Shown: one piece after another, positions 44,951-53,412 of the stretch
Position numbering within the stretch: the stretch's first letter is position 1
How the letters are laid out: the number at the start of each line of letters is the position of its first letter
Source of the DNA: an uncultured Thermoleophilaceae bacterium
Lineage (GTDB): Bacteria > Actinomycetota > Thermoleophilia > Solirubrobacterales > Thermoleophilaceae
DNA length: 64,000 bases
Assembly: GCA_963716215.1 (NCBI GenBank)
Contig: OY970298.1
Span: 3,508,416 to 3,572,415 of the forward strand
Direction: 5' to 3'
Position numbers and translations under genes: made by a program
Notes under the pieces: model-generated
Databases searched by the model: none
Seen by the model: the letters and a program-made list of their open reading frames with translations, nothing else
What the model was told of the DNA's origin: nothing

Positions 44951-47274
44951 CCCGGCGCGAGCACATAGTCGCGGCGGGCGCCCTCGGCCTGATCGCCTGC
45001 CTGTGGTTCTGGCCGTTGTTCACCGGCGAGCAGCTGGGGCAGGGCTACACCAACTGGGCCAGCGTCCCGTGGGCGGCCGGGGGGCCGAGCGGGCTGCCGC
45101 AGCGCGCCGTCTTCCCTGACGCCGCGCTCCAGTTCTGGCCGTGGGCCGAGGTCGCGCGCGATCAGCTCCGTGACGGGCACATCCCGCTCTGGAACCCCTA
45201 CGAGTACGGCGGCACGGCGCTCTTGGGGAACATGCAGTCGGCGCTCTTCTTCCCGCTGACCTGGCCGCTGCTCGTGCTGCCGCTGGGGTACGCCTGGGGG
45301 GTCGTGGCGATCGCCAAGCTGGTGGTGGCGGGCGTGGGCGCCTTCGCCCTCTCGCGCATGCTGCGCGTCCCGCGCGAGGGCGCGCTGCTGGCGGGCGCCG
45401 TGTACATGCTGTCCGCGCCGCTGATCGCGTGGCTGCAGTGGCCGCTCGGCTCCGCGTTCGCGGTGTTCCCCTGGCTGCTGCTGACCACGGCGCGGCTGCA
45501 GCGCGATCGCGGGCCGGGCGCGATCGCCGCGCTTGCGCTCGCGGCGGCGCTGACCATCCTCGCCGGGCACCCGGAAACCGCGCTGATGGCGGTCTCCGCC
45601 GCCGCGATCTACCTGATCACCGTGCTCGTGCTGGAGCGGCGCCCACCCGAAGCGCTGCGCACCGGCGGCGCGTGGCTCGCGGCCATGGTGCTGGGCACCG
45701 CCGCGGCCGGGGTGGCCGTGCTCCCGTTCGTCGAGGCCTTCTCCCCAAGCATCAGCAGAATCGCCGACTCGGCCTTCGGCGAGTCCCTGCACCTCCCGCT
45801 GTCCAACTCGCTGCACTACGTGCTGCCGGGGCTGTTCGGCGACGGCGAGCCGGTGCTCTACGAGGGCAGCTACTACCAGTCGATCGCGGCCTACTTCGGC
45901 CTGCCGGCGCTGGTGCTGGCGGGCGTCGCGCTGGTGCGCCTGCGGCGCAATCCGGAGGCGCTCGGGATCACGGCCATGGGCGGCGTGGCGCTGATGGCGG
46001 CCTACGGCGTGCCGCCGGTCAGCTGGTTCGTGGAGAACGTGCCCCCGTGGGCGGACAGCGTGGTGGCGGCGCGCGCGAACTTCATCCCCGCGCTGGCCGG
46101 CGCCGTGGGCGCCGGAGCGGGGCTCGGCGTGGTGATGCGCCACCCGATGGCCGTCCGGCGGGTCGCGCTGGTGCTCACGGGGACCGGGCTGACGATCCTG
46201 GCCGCGTTCGTCCTCGCGGATCAGTCCAGCCGCCTGCCCGCGCCCACGGACGTCAAGCGCGACGCGCTGCTGGCCGGACTGGGCTGGCTGGCCGCCGCCG
46301 GCTTGGTGCTCGTCGCGGCCGGGCGCCTGCGCCGGTCGCTGACGCTCCTGCTGGCGCTCGGGGTGGCGGTGCTGAGCCTCGTGCAGCTGCAGGGCCTGAA
46401 CGTGACGCTGCCGCCGGAGCAGGCGTATCCCGGCGAGCCTCCGTCGGTGGCCGCGCTCACGCGGCAGCCGGGTTCCTTCCGGGTCGGGATGCTCAGAACC
46501 GGCGCGGCGATCAACGCCCTCGCGCCCAACACCGCCTCGCTGTACGGGCTCGAGACGCTCGAGGGCTACGACTTCCCGCTCTCGCAGCGCTGGTCGGACT
46601 TCCAGACGGCCGCGCTCGGGTTCGCCGGGCTCCGCGCGGAAAGCCGGAAGGCCGGCTCCATCCCGCCGCCCCCACGCCACGCCGCGATGCGCATGATGAA
46701 CGTTCGCTACTACCTCGCCGCCCCTGACGATCAGCCGCCCCTGCCCGGCCTGGAGACGATCTACCGTGGCCAGGACGCGACCGTGTTCCGCGACCGCGGC
46801 GCGCTGCCGCGCGCCTACGTCGTGCCTCAGACGCGGCCCAGGTCCTACCCCGACGCCCTGATCGATCTGGCGCGGGGGGAGCTCGACCCGCGGCGGACGG
46901 CGCTCGTCCCCCAGGGGTCTCCGCCACCGGGCCGGCCGGCGTCAGGCGGATTTCGCGCGGCCCGCGTGGAGAACCCGTCGCCGGATCACGTGCGCGTCCG
47001 GCTGGCGCCGGGATCCGCGGGCTGGCTCGTGCTCGCGAACGCCTATCACCCGAACTGGAAGGCCGAAGTGGACGGGCGCGAGGTGGAGGTGCGCCCCACC
47101 AACGTCGCCGCGATGGGCGTGCCGGTCTCCGCGTCGGCCCGCACCGTGGACTTCCGCCTCGACCGCGGGACCTTCTGGGCCGGAGCCGCGCTGAGCGCCG
47201 TGGCGCTGGCGGCCATCGCCCTGCTCGCCGGCCTCGGGCTGCGCCGCCGTCAGGCGCGCCGCGCCTCGACGTAG
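44947..47274 (+). CDS. YfhO-family polytopic membrane glycosyltransferase, copy 2 (start codon uncertain: CTG 44947 or TTG 45016)
   Basis: Track ORF 45016..47274 is a YfhO paralog. The frame stays open upstream, and LTRREHIVAAGALGLIACLWFWPLF aligns with copy 1. The only start-like codon there is a CTG overlapping the upstream TGA (CTGA). Confidence 0.75.
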   Translation: MTRREHIVAAGALGLIACLWFWPLFTGEQLGQGYTNWASVPWAAGGPSGLPQRAVFPDAALQFWPWAEVARDQLRDGHIPLWNPYEYGGTALLGNMQSALFFPLTWPLLVLPLGYAWGVVAIAKLVVAGVGAFALSRMLRVPREGALLAGAVYMLSAPLIAWLQWPLGSAFAVFPWLLLTTARLQRDRGPGAIAALALAAALTILAGHPETALMAVSAAAIYLITVLVLERRPPEALRTGGAWLAAMVLGTAAAGVAVLPFVEAFSPSISRIADSAFGESLHLPLSNSLHYVLPGLFGDGEPVLYEGSYYQSIAAYFGLPALVLAGVALVRLRRNPEALGITAMGGVALMAAYGVPPVSWFVENVPPWADSVVAARANFIPALAGAVGAGAGLGVVMRHPMAVRRVALVLTGTGLTILAAFVLADQSSRLPAPTDVKRDALLAGLGWLAAAGLVLVAAGRLRRSLTLLLALGVAVLSLVQLQGLNVTLPPEQAYPGEPPSVAALTRQPGSFRVGMLRTGAAINALAPNTASLYGLETLEGYDFPLSQRWSDFQTAALGFAGLRAESRKAGSIPPPPRHAAMRMMNVRYYLAAPDDQPPLPGLETIYRGQDATVFRDRGALPRAYVVPQTRPRSYPDALIDLARGELDPRRTALVPQGSPPPGRPASGGFRAARVENPSPDHVRVRLAPGSAGWLVLANAYHPNWKAEVDGREVEVRPTNVAAMGVPVSASARTVDFRLDRGTFWAGAALSAVALAAIALLAGLGLRRRQARRAST

Positions 47275-48134
47275 ACGGTGCCGCCCCGCCGCAGCGCCAC
47301 CTCGACCGCCGAGCAGACGGCCGCCGGCACGAGCAGCAGCGTCCCCGCCAGCAGGGTGCGCGCCCGCTGCGACCCCGACATCGGCCGGCTCCGGGCCGGC
47401 GCGCGCCTGATCGCGTCGTACAGATCGGGATGACCCGGCAGCAGACCGACCAGCCCGTGCAGCCAGCCGAACACCACCTGCCCGCCGCGCGCGAAGCTCA
47501 CCCGCTCGACCGCCAGCCCGACCTGCCGCACGCGCTCGCAGAGCGCCGCCGCGGTGATGTGCGTGAGGTGGCGCGGGAGGTCGAGCGCCAGCCAGCGGTC
47601 CCCGAACGCGCGCGCCTGCAGGCTCGCCGCGTTCGGCACTGCCACCACGAGCACGCCGCCCGGCACCAGCAGGCGCGCGGCCTCGCGCAGGGCGCCGGCG
47701 GGGTCCGGCAGGTGCTCGAGCGAGTGCCAGAACACGATCGCCGCCCATCCCTCTTCGAGATCGGCCAGCTCGGTGTCCACCACGTCCCGCCGGTCCGAGC
47801 TGCGCTCGATGCCGAGCGCCTCGCGGCCGCTCGCCCGCAGGGCGTCGAGCAGGACGCCGTCGCCCGAGCCCACGTCCAGCACCCGGCCGGGCGGGGCGAT
47901 CTCCGCCAGCCTCTGCGCGAGCGTGGAGCGCGAACGCCGCAGGAGCGCGTCGCCCGGCCCGGAGAAGCGGCCCGCGCTCGGCCGGTACCAGTCCGCGTAC
48001 GCCTGCTCCAGCTCCGCCTCGGTCGGCCACGGGTCGGTGGTGGCGACGCCGCAGGCCGGGCAGCGCGTGCGTCCCCGCATGCGATCGGCGCTCTCGCCGA
48101 AAGGTGTCCCGCACCACGCGCAGCGCCCGATCAC
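47250..48134 (-). CDS. class I SAM-dependent methyltransferase with N-terminal zinc-ribbon
   Basis: 294-aa ORF. N-terminal CAWCG...17 aa...CPACG (a 4-Cys ribbon), then VLDVGSGDG motif I and FWHSLEHLPDP. Confidence 0.85.
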   Translation of the reverse strand: MIGRCAWCGTPFGESADRMRGRTRCPACGVATTDPWPTEAELEQAYADWYRPSAGRFSGPGDALLRRSRSTLAQRLAEIAPPGRVLDVGSGDGVLLDALRASGREALGIERSSDRRDVVDTELADLEEGWAAIVFWHSLEHLPDPAGALREAARLLVPGGVLVVAVPNAASLQARAFGDRWLALDLPRHLTHITAAALCERVRQVGLAVERVSFARGGQVVFGWLHGLVGLLPGHPDLYDAIRRAPARSRPMSGSQRARTLLAGTLLLVPAAVCSAVEVALRRGGTVYVEARRA

Positions 48135-48141
48135 GGCGGGC

Positions 48142-48148
48142 TAGGCTA
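48142..48148. promoter_or_regulatory. overlapping back-to-back -10 boxes in GCTAGGCTAGC (TAGGCT on +, TAGCCT on -)
   Basis: The minus-strand box is 8 nt upstream of GTG 48134 (leaderless). The plus-strand box is 27 nt upstream of ATG 48175, which has a GGGGAGAA SD. The whole intergenic region is only 40 bp. Confidence 0.35.
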
Positions 48149-48174
48149 GCGGGCCTCGTGGGGAGAACCGCCGC

Positions 48175-49143
48175 ATGCTGAGCGTGGTCGTACCGGTGTT
48201 CAACGAGGAGGAGAACCTCGCGGAGCTGCACGGCCGGCTGCGGGACGCGCTCGCGGAGGCAGGCGAGCCCTGGGAGGTGCTCTACGTCGACGACGGATCG
48301 TCCGACGGCTCGGCGGCGATCGTCGAGCAACTGATTGCCGACGGCGAGCCGGCGGTGCTGCTGATGCTGTCGCGCAACTTCGGCATGGAGACGGCGATGT
48401 CCGCCGGGATCGACCACGCCGGCGGGGACTGGGTCGTCCTGCTGCACGCCGACCTCCAGGACCCGCCGGAGCTGATCCCCCAGATGGTCGCGCTGGCCAA
48501 GGACGGGGCCGACGTCGTCTACGCCAGGCGCATCGGCCGCGACGAGAGCCGGATCAAGCGGGCGCTCGCCACCGCCTTCTACAAGACGATGGAGCGCCTG
48601 GCGCGCGTGCCCTACCAGGGCCAGGCCGGCGACTTCCGGCTGATGTCACGGCGCGTGGTGGAGGCGATCAAGAGCATGCCCGAGCGCCGGCGCTTCCTGC
48701 GCGGCATGGTCGCCTGGGCCGGCTTCCGCCAGGTCCCGATCGAGTACCGGCGTGCGGGCCGCGCCCACGGTCGCGGCGCCTCCTACCCGGACCTGTTCCG
48801 GCTGGCAGTGGAGGCGCTCACGGCGTACTCGGACGTTCCGCTGTCGCTCGCCACCGTCGTCGGCACCGGCGTCGCGCTGCTGAGCGCGCTCGCGGCGGTC
48901 ACGATCCTGGTGCTCGCGCTGGTCGGGGCGATCACGCTGTCCGCGACGGTGCTGGTGCTGCTGGCGCTGCTGTTCCTGGGCGGCGTGCAGCTGATCAGCA
49001 TCGGCATCATCGGCCGCTACCTGGCGCGCGTCCACGAGGAGGCGCTGCACCGGCCGCTCTACCTGCTCGACCGGGTCGTGGGCGGGTCGAGCGAGGGCCC
49101 TCGGGCGGCCGAACCGGAGCCGCCCCGGGAAACCCGTTTGTAG
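48175..49143 (+). CDS. GT2 polyprenyl-phosphate glycosyltransferase (GtrB/ArnC/CsbB-like) with two C-terminal TM helices
   Basis: 322-aa ORF with LSVVVPVFNEEENL...YVDDGSSDGS...LSRNFG...HADLQDPPE...GDFRLMSRR, followed by two hydrophobic helices (LATVVGTGVALLSALAAV... / VLVLLALLFLGGVQLISIGIIG). Confidence 0.9.
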   Translation: MLSVVVPVFNEEENLAELHGRLRDALAEAGEPWEVLYVDDGSSDGSAAIVEQLIADGEPAVLLMLSRNFGMETAMSAGIDHAGGDWVVLLHADLQDPPELIPQMVALAKDGADVVYARRIGRDESRIKRALATAFYKTMERLARVPYQGQAGDFRLMSRRVVEAIKSMPERRRFLRGMVAWAGFRQVPIEYRRAGRAHGRGASYPDLFRLAVEALTAYSDVPLSLATVVGTGVALLSALAAVTILVLALVGAITLSATVLVLLALLFLGGVQLISIGIIGRYLARVHEEALHRPLYLLDRVVGGSSEGPRAAEPEPPRETRL

Positions 49144-49152
49144 GCTCGCGGG

Positions 49153-52100
49153 GTGACCACCGCAACCGCCGCGGCTCGCCGCGCCCCTGGGTCGCGCGTG
49201 CTCCGGCTGCAGCTGGCCGGGATCGCGCTCCTGGCGTACGGCATCGCCTTCCTGCAGCGCCCCGGCGAGACCGTGGTGGACACGCGCCTGGAGCTGTCGG
49301 CCGATCCCAGCGTCTTCCTCGACCGGGTCTTCCACATCTGGAGCGCCACGACCGACTTCGGGCACGTCCAGGGCGGCCAGTTCAACGGCTACCTGTTCCC
49401 GATGGCCCCCTGGTTCGCGCTCGGCGACCAGCTCGGGGTGCCGACCTGGATCGTTCAGCGCCTCTGGCTCGGCACGCTGCTGCTGCTCGCGGCGTGGGGT
49501 GCGGCGCGGCTGATGATCGCTCTGATGGGGCGCCCCAGCCTGGTCGCCTCGTCCGCAGCCGCGCTGGTGTTCGCGCTCAACCCCTACGTCGTGCTGTTCA
49601 CCAGCCGCGGGACAGTGACGCTGCTGGCGCACGTCGCGCTGCCGTGGCTGATGCTGGCCGTGCACCGCGGGCTGCGCGAGCCGCGCGGGTGGCGCATGCC
49701 CGCCGCGATCGGCCTGATCCTCGCCTCGACGGGAGGCGGCGTGAACGCGGCGGTGATCGCCTTCGCGCTGCTCGGCCCGTTGGCGCTGGCGGCGTACGAG
49801 GTGCTCATGCACCGCATCCCCGCACGCGCCACGCTCACGTTCGGCTGGCGCGCGGCGCTGGCCGCGGCGGTGGGCTCGGCGTGGTGGGCGATCCCCGTGC
49901 TCTTGCAGGGCCGCTACGGCGTGGACATCCTGATCTACACCGAGCAGCCGACGGTGATCTGGGCCACCACGAGCTTCCCCGAGCTGCTGCGCATGCTCGG
50001 CTTCTGGGGCCTCTACACCGGCGTGGGCTTCGGCGGCCTGGAGCCGTTCATGGGCGTCGGGGCGAACTACCTGTTCAACCCCGTCGTGGTGATCGCCACC
50101 TTCCTCGTGCCTCTGTTCGCCGCGGCCACGTTCGCGCTCGTACGCCGTTGGACCTACGGGCCGTTCTTCGGGCTGCTGACGTTCGGCGCGCTGGTGGTCA
50201 TGTTCGCCGGCTTCCCGCGCGACTCGCGCCTGCGCGCCGCGCTGCTCGACGTATACAACGGCTTCCCGGCGCTGCAGTTCCTGCGCACGACCTACAAGGG
50301 CATGCCGCTGCTCGCGCTCGCCGTCGCCTGTCTCTGCGGGGCCGGCGCGGCCGCGCTCGCCGACCGTGCCAGGGCCGGCCGGCTGCGCGTGCTCGGTCGC
50401 CGGATCCCGGCCGTGGCGCTGCTCGCCCTGGCGGCCGTGCCCGCGGTGGCCGCGGTCCCGCTGATCGAGGGGCGGGCGATCGACAGCGAGCAGGCCTACG
50501 GCGAGGTCCCCTCGTGGTGGACTGAGGGCACCGCCGACGCCAGCGCCGCCGGCGGGCGCACGATGGTGCTGCCCGGGGAGATGTTCGGCTGGTACGAGTG
50601 GGGCGGCACGATGGACCCGGTCGGACCACCGCTGCGGCGGGAGCCGGTCGCGATCAGGGAGATCGTGCCGTACGCGGACTCCCGCTCGGCCTTCCTGCAG
50701 ATCGCCATCGACGACCTCGTGCAGCAGGACCGCCTGGTGCCCGACCAGCTCGGCCAGCTGCTGCGCCTGACCGGCGTGCACCAGGTGCTGGTCGCGCGCG
50801 ACGGGCGCCTGAGGCGCAACGGCGCCGTCGCGGCAGTCGCGGCGGAGGCCGCCCTGTCGGAGCAGCGCGACCTCGACCCACTCCAGGACTACGGCCCGCG
50901 CAAGGTCCGCGAGGCCATGCCCGGGCGCGGATACGAGCCGGCCCGCCTCGCGCAGATCAGCCGGCGCGGCGCGCCCGGCGATGCGTTCGGCGTGCGGCTG
51001 GCCGTGGACCCGCCCACGATCCTCGACGGCGACGCCGAGGGCGTGACCGAGCTCGCCGCCCACCGGATGCTCGACGCGCGCCACCCGTTGCTGTTCGCCG
51101 GCGACGTGGGCGCGGGACAGCTGGCGCGCATGACCGCCGCGGGGGCGCCGATCGTGCTGAGTGACTCCGCCCGGCGGCGCCTGTTCGTGTCGCCGCGCAC
51201 GCGCGGCAACCGCGGGCCGACCCTGACCGCGACCGACCCGCTCGACCGCGAGGCCGCCACCTTCAACCCGTTCCCCGCGCGGGGCACGGACGGGCAGACC
51301 GTTGCGGTCTACTCCGGGCTGCGGCGCCTCAGCACCCCCACCGCCGCCGGCTGGTCCAACTTCCCGCAGTACCGCGCCTATGCGGCGCTCGACGGCCGGC
51401 TCGACACGAGCTGGCGCGCCGACGAGAACGTCCGTCCCCAGCGCTGGTACATGGAGCTCGAGCTCGAGCGGCCGCGTCGCGTCGGCGCGATCGAGGTGGT
51501 GCCGCAGAACGATCGCCGCGGCCGCACCACGTCGATCTTCGTCTCCGTCAACGGCGGCGGCGAGCGACGCGTGGAGCTGGAGCCCGGGTCGAACCGGGTC
51601 GACCTGGGTGGCGCGGAGGTGCGCGTCCTGCGCCTGCGCGTGGACGACGTGGAGGGCAACGAGGACACGCGCGGGGCGGGCGGCATCACCGAGGTGCGCG
51701 TGCCGGGCCTGCGGGTGCGCGAGCACCTCCGACTCCCAACGGCGCTGTCGGCGTCCACGCGCGGCCTTGACCTCTCGCGCAGCCCGATCGAGGTCGTGAT
51801 GGCCCGCGCCACGGCCGACTTCCCCTACCGCGCCGGCGCGGACGCCCTGGACCCCGAGGCCGACCACCCGCTCGCGATGCTCGACGCCGAGGACGGCCTC
51901 GAGCGCGCCTTCGACCTGCCCGCGGCGCGCAGATTCACCCTGAGCGGCTGGGGCAGCATCGCCGCGGACGCGCCCGACGAGGCCATCGACCGCCTCGCCG
52001 GCCTGCCCGCTGGGTGGCGCTACCGCTCCTCCAGCCGGTTCGAGGGCGTCCCGGGGCGGCGAGCGTCGTCGGCGTTCGACGGCGACCCGCGCACGGCGTG

Positions 52101-53412
52101 GGTGGGCGACGTGGAGCCGGGCGAGCCCGCGTGGCTGGAGTGGACGGCACCGGACCGGCGCGAGCTGACCGGGCTGGTGCTGCGACCCGGTCCGGCCGGC
52201 TACCGCTTCCCCACCCGCGTACGGGTGACCGCTCCCGGTGTGACGCCGTTCGAGCGGTCGGTCGGCGCGGACGGCCGGGTCGAGCTGCCGCGGCCGATCG
52301 CAGGCAGCGGGCTGCGGATCGAGGTGCTGGCGTCCCAGCCGCGCGGCGAGGGCGGCCTGCACGGCGTGCGCGCGGTCGCGGTGGGCGAGGTCGAGGCGCC
52401 CGGTGCCGACTTCGCCGCGCCCCGCCGCGACGGGCGCTTCACGACCGGATGCGACGCGCTCTCCGTGCGCGCCGCCGGCCGCGCCGCCGGCGCGGCCCTC
52501 GAGGGCACGATCGCCGAGCTCGACGCCGGGCGCGCCCTGAGGCTGCGCGGCTGCGCCGAGCTGGCGCTGCCCGCGGGACCGGTCCGCCTCAGCGCGACCG
52601 GGGACGAGCTCGCCAGGCCCGACCACCTGCGGCTGGCCGGCGCGGCGCCGCGCCCGGTCGCGCCGGAAGCCACCGCGCCCGGGCGCGTGGTCTCGGCGAG
52701 CCGCGGCGGCCCGCCCGGGGCCGTGGAGTCGGCGCGCCTGGCGCTGGACGCGCCCGGGTGGCTGGTGCTCGAGCAGACCTACTCACCGGGCTGGGAGGCC
52801 ACCTGCCGCGACCGGGACGGCGGCGAGAGCGACCTCGGCGAGCCGACCCCGGTGGACGGCTACGCGAACGGCTGGCGGGTCAACCCGGACTGCACCCGCG
52901 TGGACTTCGCGTTCGCGCCGCAGCGGATCGCCGTGGCCGGCTACCTGCTGTCCGCGCTCGGCTGCCTGCTGATGCTCGCGTTCCTGGTGGTGACCGCGCT
53001 GCGCCGGCGCGGTGCCGCGACCCTCGCGGCCGAGCCGCCACCAGCGGCCGGCCCGGACGCGGACCCGATCCTGCGGACCGGTCCCGTACGCGCACTCGTC
53101 CTGGCCGCCGCCATCGGCGTGGTGGGCGGCGGGCTCTTCTCGCTGCGCGTGGGCGCGGTGCTGTTCGTGGCGTCGGCCGTCCTGGCGCTGGTTGGCGTGA
53201 ACGTCCGGCGACTGGCCGCGCTCGGCGCGGCGGGCATCGCGGCGGTGGCGGTGCTCTACCTCGTCTCCCGTCCCGAGGACAAGGGGGGCTACAACTTCGA
53301 CTTCGTGATCCTCCAGACCCGGCCGCACTACCTCGCGGTCGTGGCGGTCTGCTGCCTCGCGGCGGCGGCGCTGCTGGCGGCCCGGCGGGTACGAGCGGTC
53401 AGCGGACGGTGA
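49153..53412 (+). CDS. AftD-like (DUF3367) giant GT-C transferase with two F5/8 type C (discoidin/CBM32-like) domains
   Basis: 1419-aa ORF. The N-terminus (PGETVVDTRLELSADPSVFLDRVFHIWSATTDFGHVQGGQFNGYLFPMAPWF...VQRLWLG) matches the alpha-(1->3)-arabinofuranosyltransferase family signature. Discoidin-like segments follow (ALDGRLDTSWRA...; AFDGDPRTAWVG...), then a C-terminal TM bundle. Confidence 0.85.
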   Translation: MTTATAAARRAPGSRVLRLQLAGIALLAYGIAFLQRPGETVVDTRLELSADPSVFLDRVFHIWSATTDFGHVQGGQFNGYLFPMAPWFALGDQLGVPTWIVQRLWLGTLLLLAAWGAARLMIALMGRPSLVASSAAALVFALNPYVVLFTSRGTVTLLAHVALPWLMLAVHRGLREPRGWRMPAAIGLILASTGGGVNAAVIAFALLGPLALAAYEVLMHRIPARATLTFGWRAALAAAVGSAWWAIPVLLQGRYGVDILIYTEQPTVIWATTSFPELLRMLGFWGLYTGVGFGGLEPFMGVGANYLFNPVVVIATFLVPLFAAATFALVRRWTYGPFFGLLTFGALVVMFAGFPRDSRLRAALLDVYNGFPALQFLRTTYKGMPLLALAVACLCGAGAAALADRARAGRLRVLGRRIPAVALLALAAVPAVAAVPLIEGRAIDSEQAYGEVPSWWTEGTADASAAGGRTMVLPGEMFGWYEWGGTMDPVGPPLRREPVAIREIVPYADSRSAFLQIAIDDLVQQDRLVPDQLGQLLRLTGVHQVLVARDGRLRRNGAVAAVAAEAALSEQRDLDPLQDYGPRKVREAMPGRGYEPARLAQISRRGAPGDAFGVRLAVDPPTILDGDAEGVTELAAHRMLDARHPLLFAGDVGAGQLARMTAAGAPIVLSDSARRRLFVSPRTRGNRGPTLTATDPLDREAATFNPFPARGTDGQTVAVYSGLRRLSTPTAAGWSNFPQYRAYAALDGRLDTSWRADENVRPQRWYMELELERPRRVGAIEVVPQNDRRGRTTSIFVSVNGGGERRVELEPGSNRVDLGGAEVRVLRLRVDDVEGNEDTRGAGGITEVRVPGLRVREHLRLPTALSASTRGLDLSRSPIEVVMARATADFPYRAGADALDPEADHPLAMLDAEDGLERAFDLPAARRFTLSGWGSIAADAPDEAIDRLAGLPAGWRYRSSSRFEGVPGRRASSAFDGDPRTAWVGDVEPGEPAWLEWTAPDRRELTGLVLRPGPAGYRFPTRVRVTAPGVTPFERSVGADGRVELPRPIAGSGLRIEVLASQPRGEGGLHGVRAVAVGEVEAPGADFAAPRRDGRFTTGCDALSVRAAGRAAGAALEGTIAELDAGRALRLRGCAELALPAGPVRLSATGDELARPDHLRLAGAAPRPVAPEATAPGRVVSASRGGPPGAVESARLALDAPGWLVLEQTYSPGWEATCRDRDGGESDLGEPTPVDGYANGWRVNPDCTRVDFAFAPQRIAVAGYLLSALGCLLMLAFLVVTALRRRGAATLAAEPPPAAGPDADPILRTGPVRALVLAAAIGVVGGGLFSLRVGAVLFVASAVLALVGVNVRRLAALGAAGIAAVAVLYLVSRPEDKGGYNFDFVILQTRPHYLAVVAVCCLAAAALLAARRVRAVSGR

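Noticed and set aside
48646-52626. 1326-aa minus-strand ORF
   Set aside because: It is antisense to the GtrB-like GT2 and the AftD-like gene. The composition is Arg/Gly/Pro/Ala junk with no recognisable domain. The same reasoning applies to 4317..6431, 7634..8899, 14776..16692, 16689..18818, 24399..26294, 30632..32854 and similar entries.
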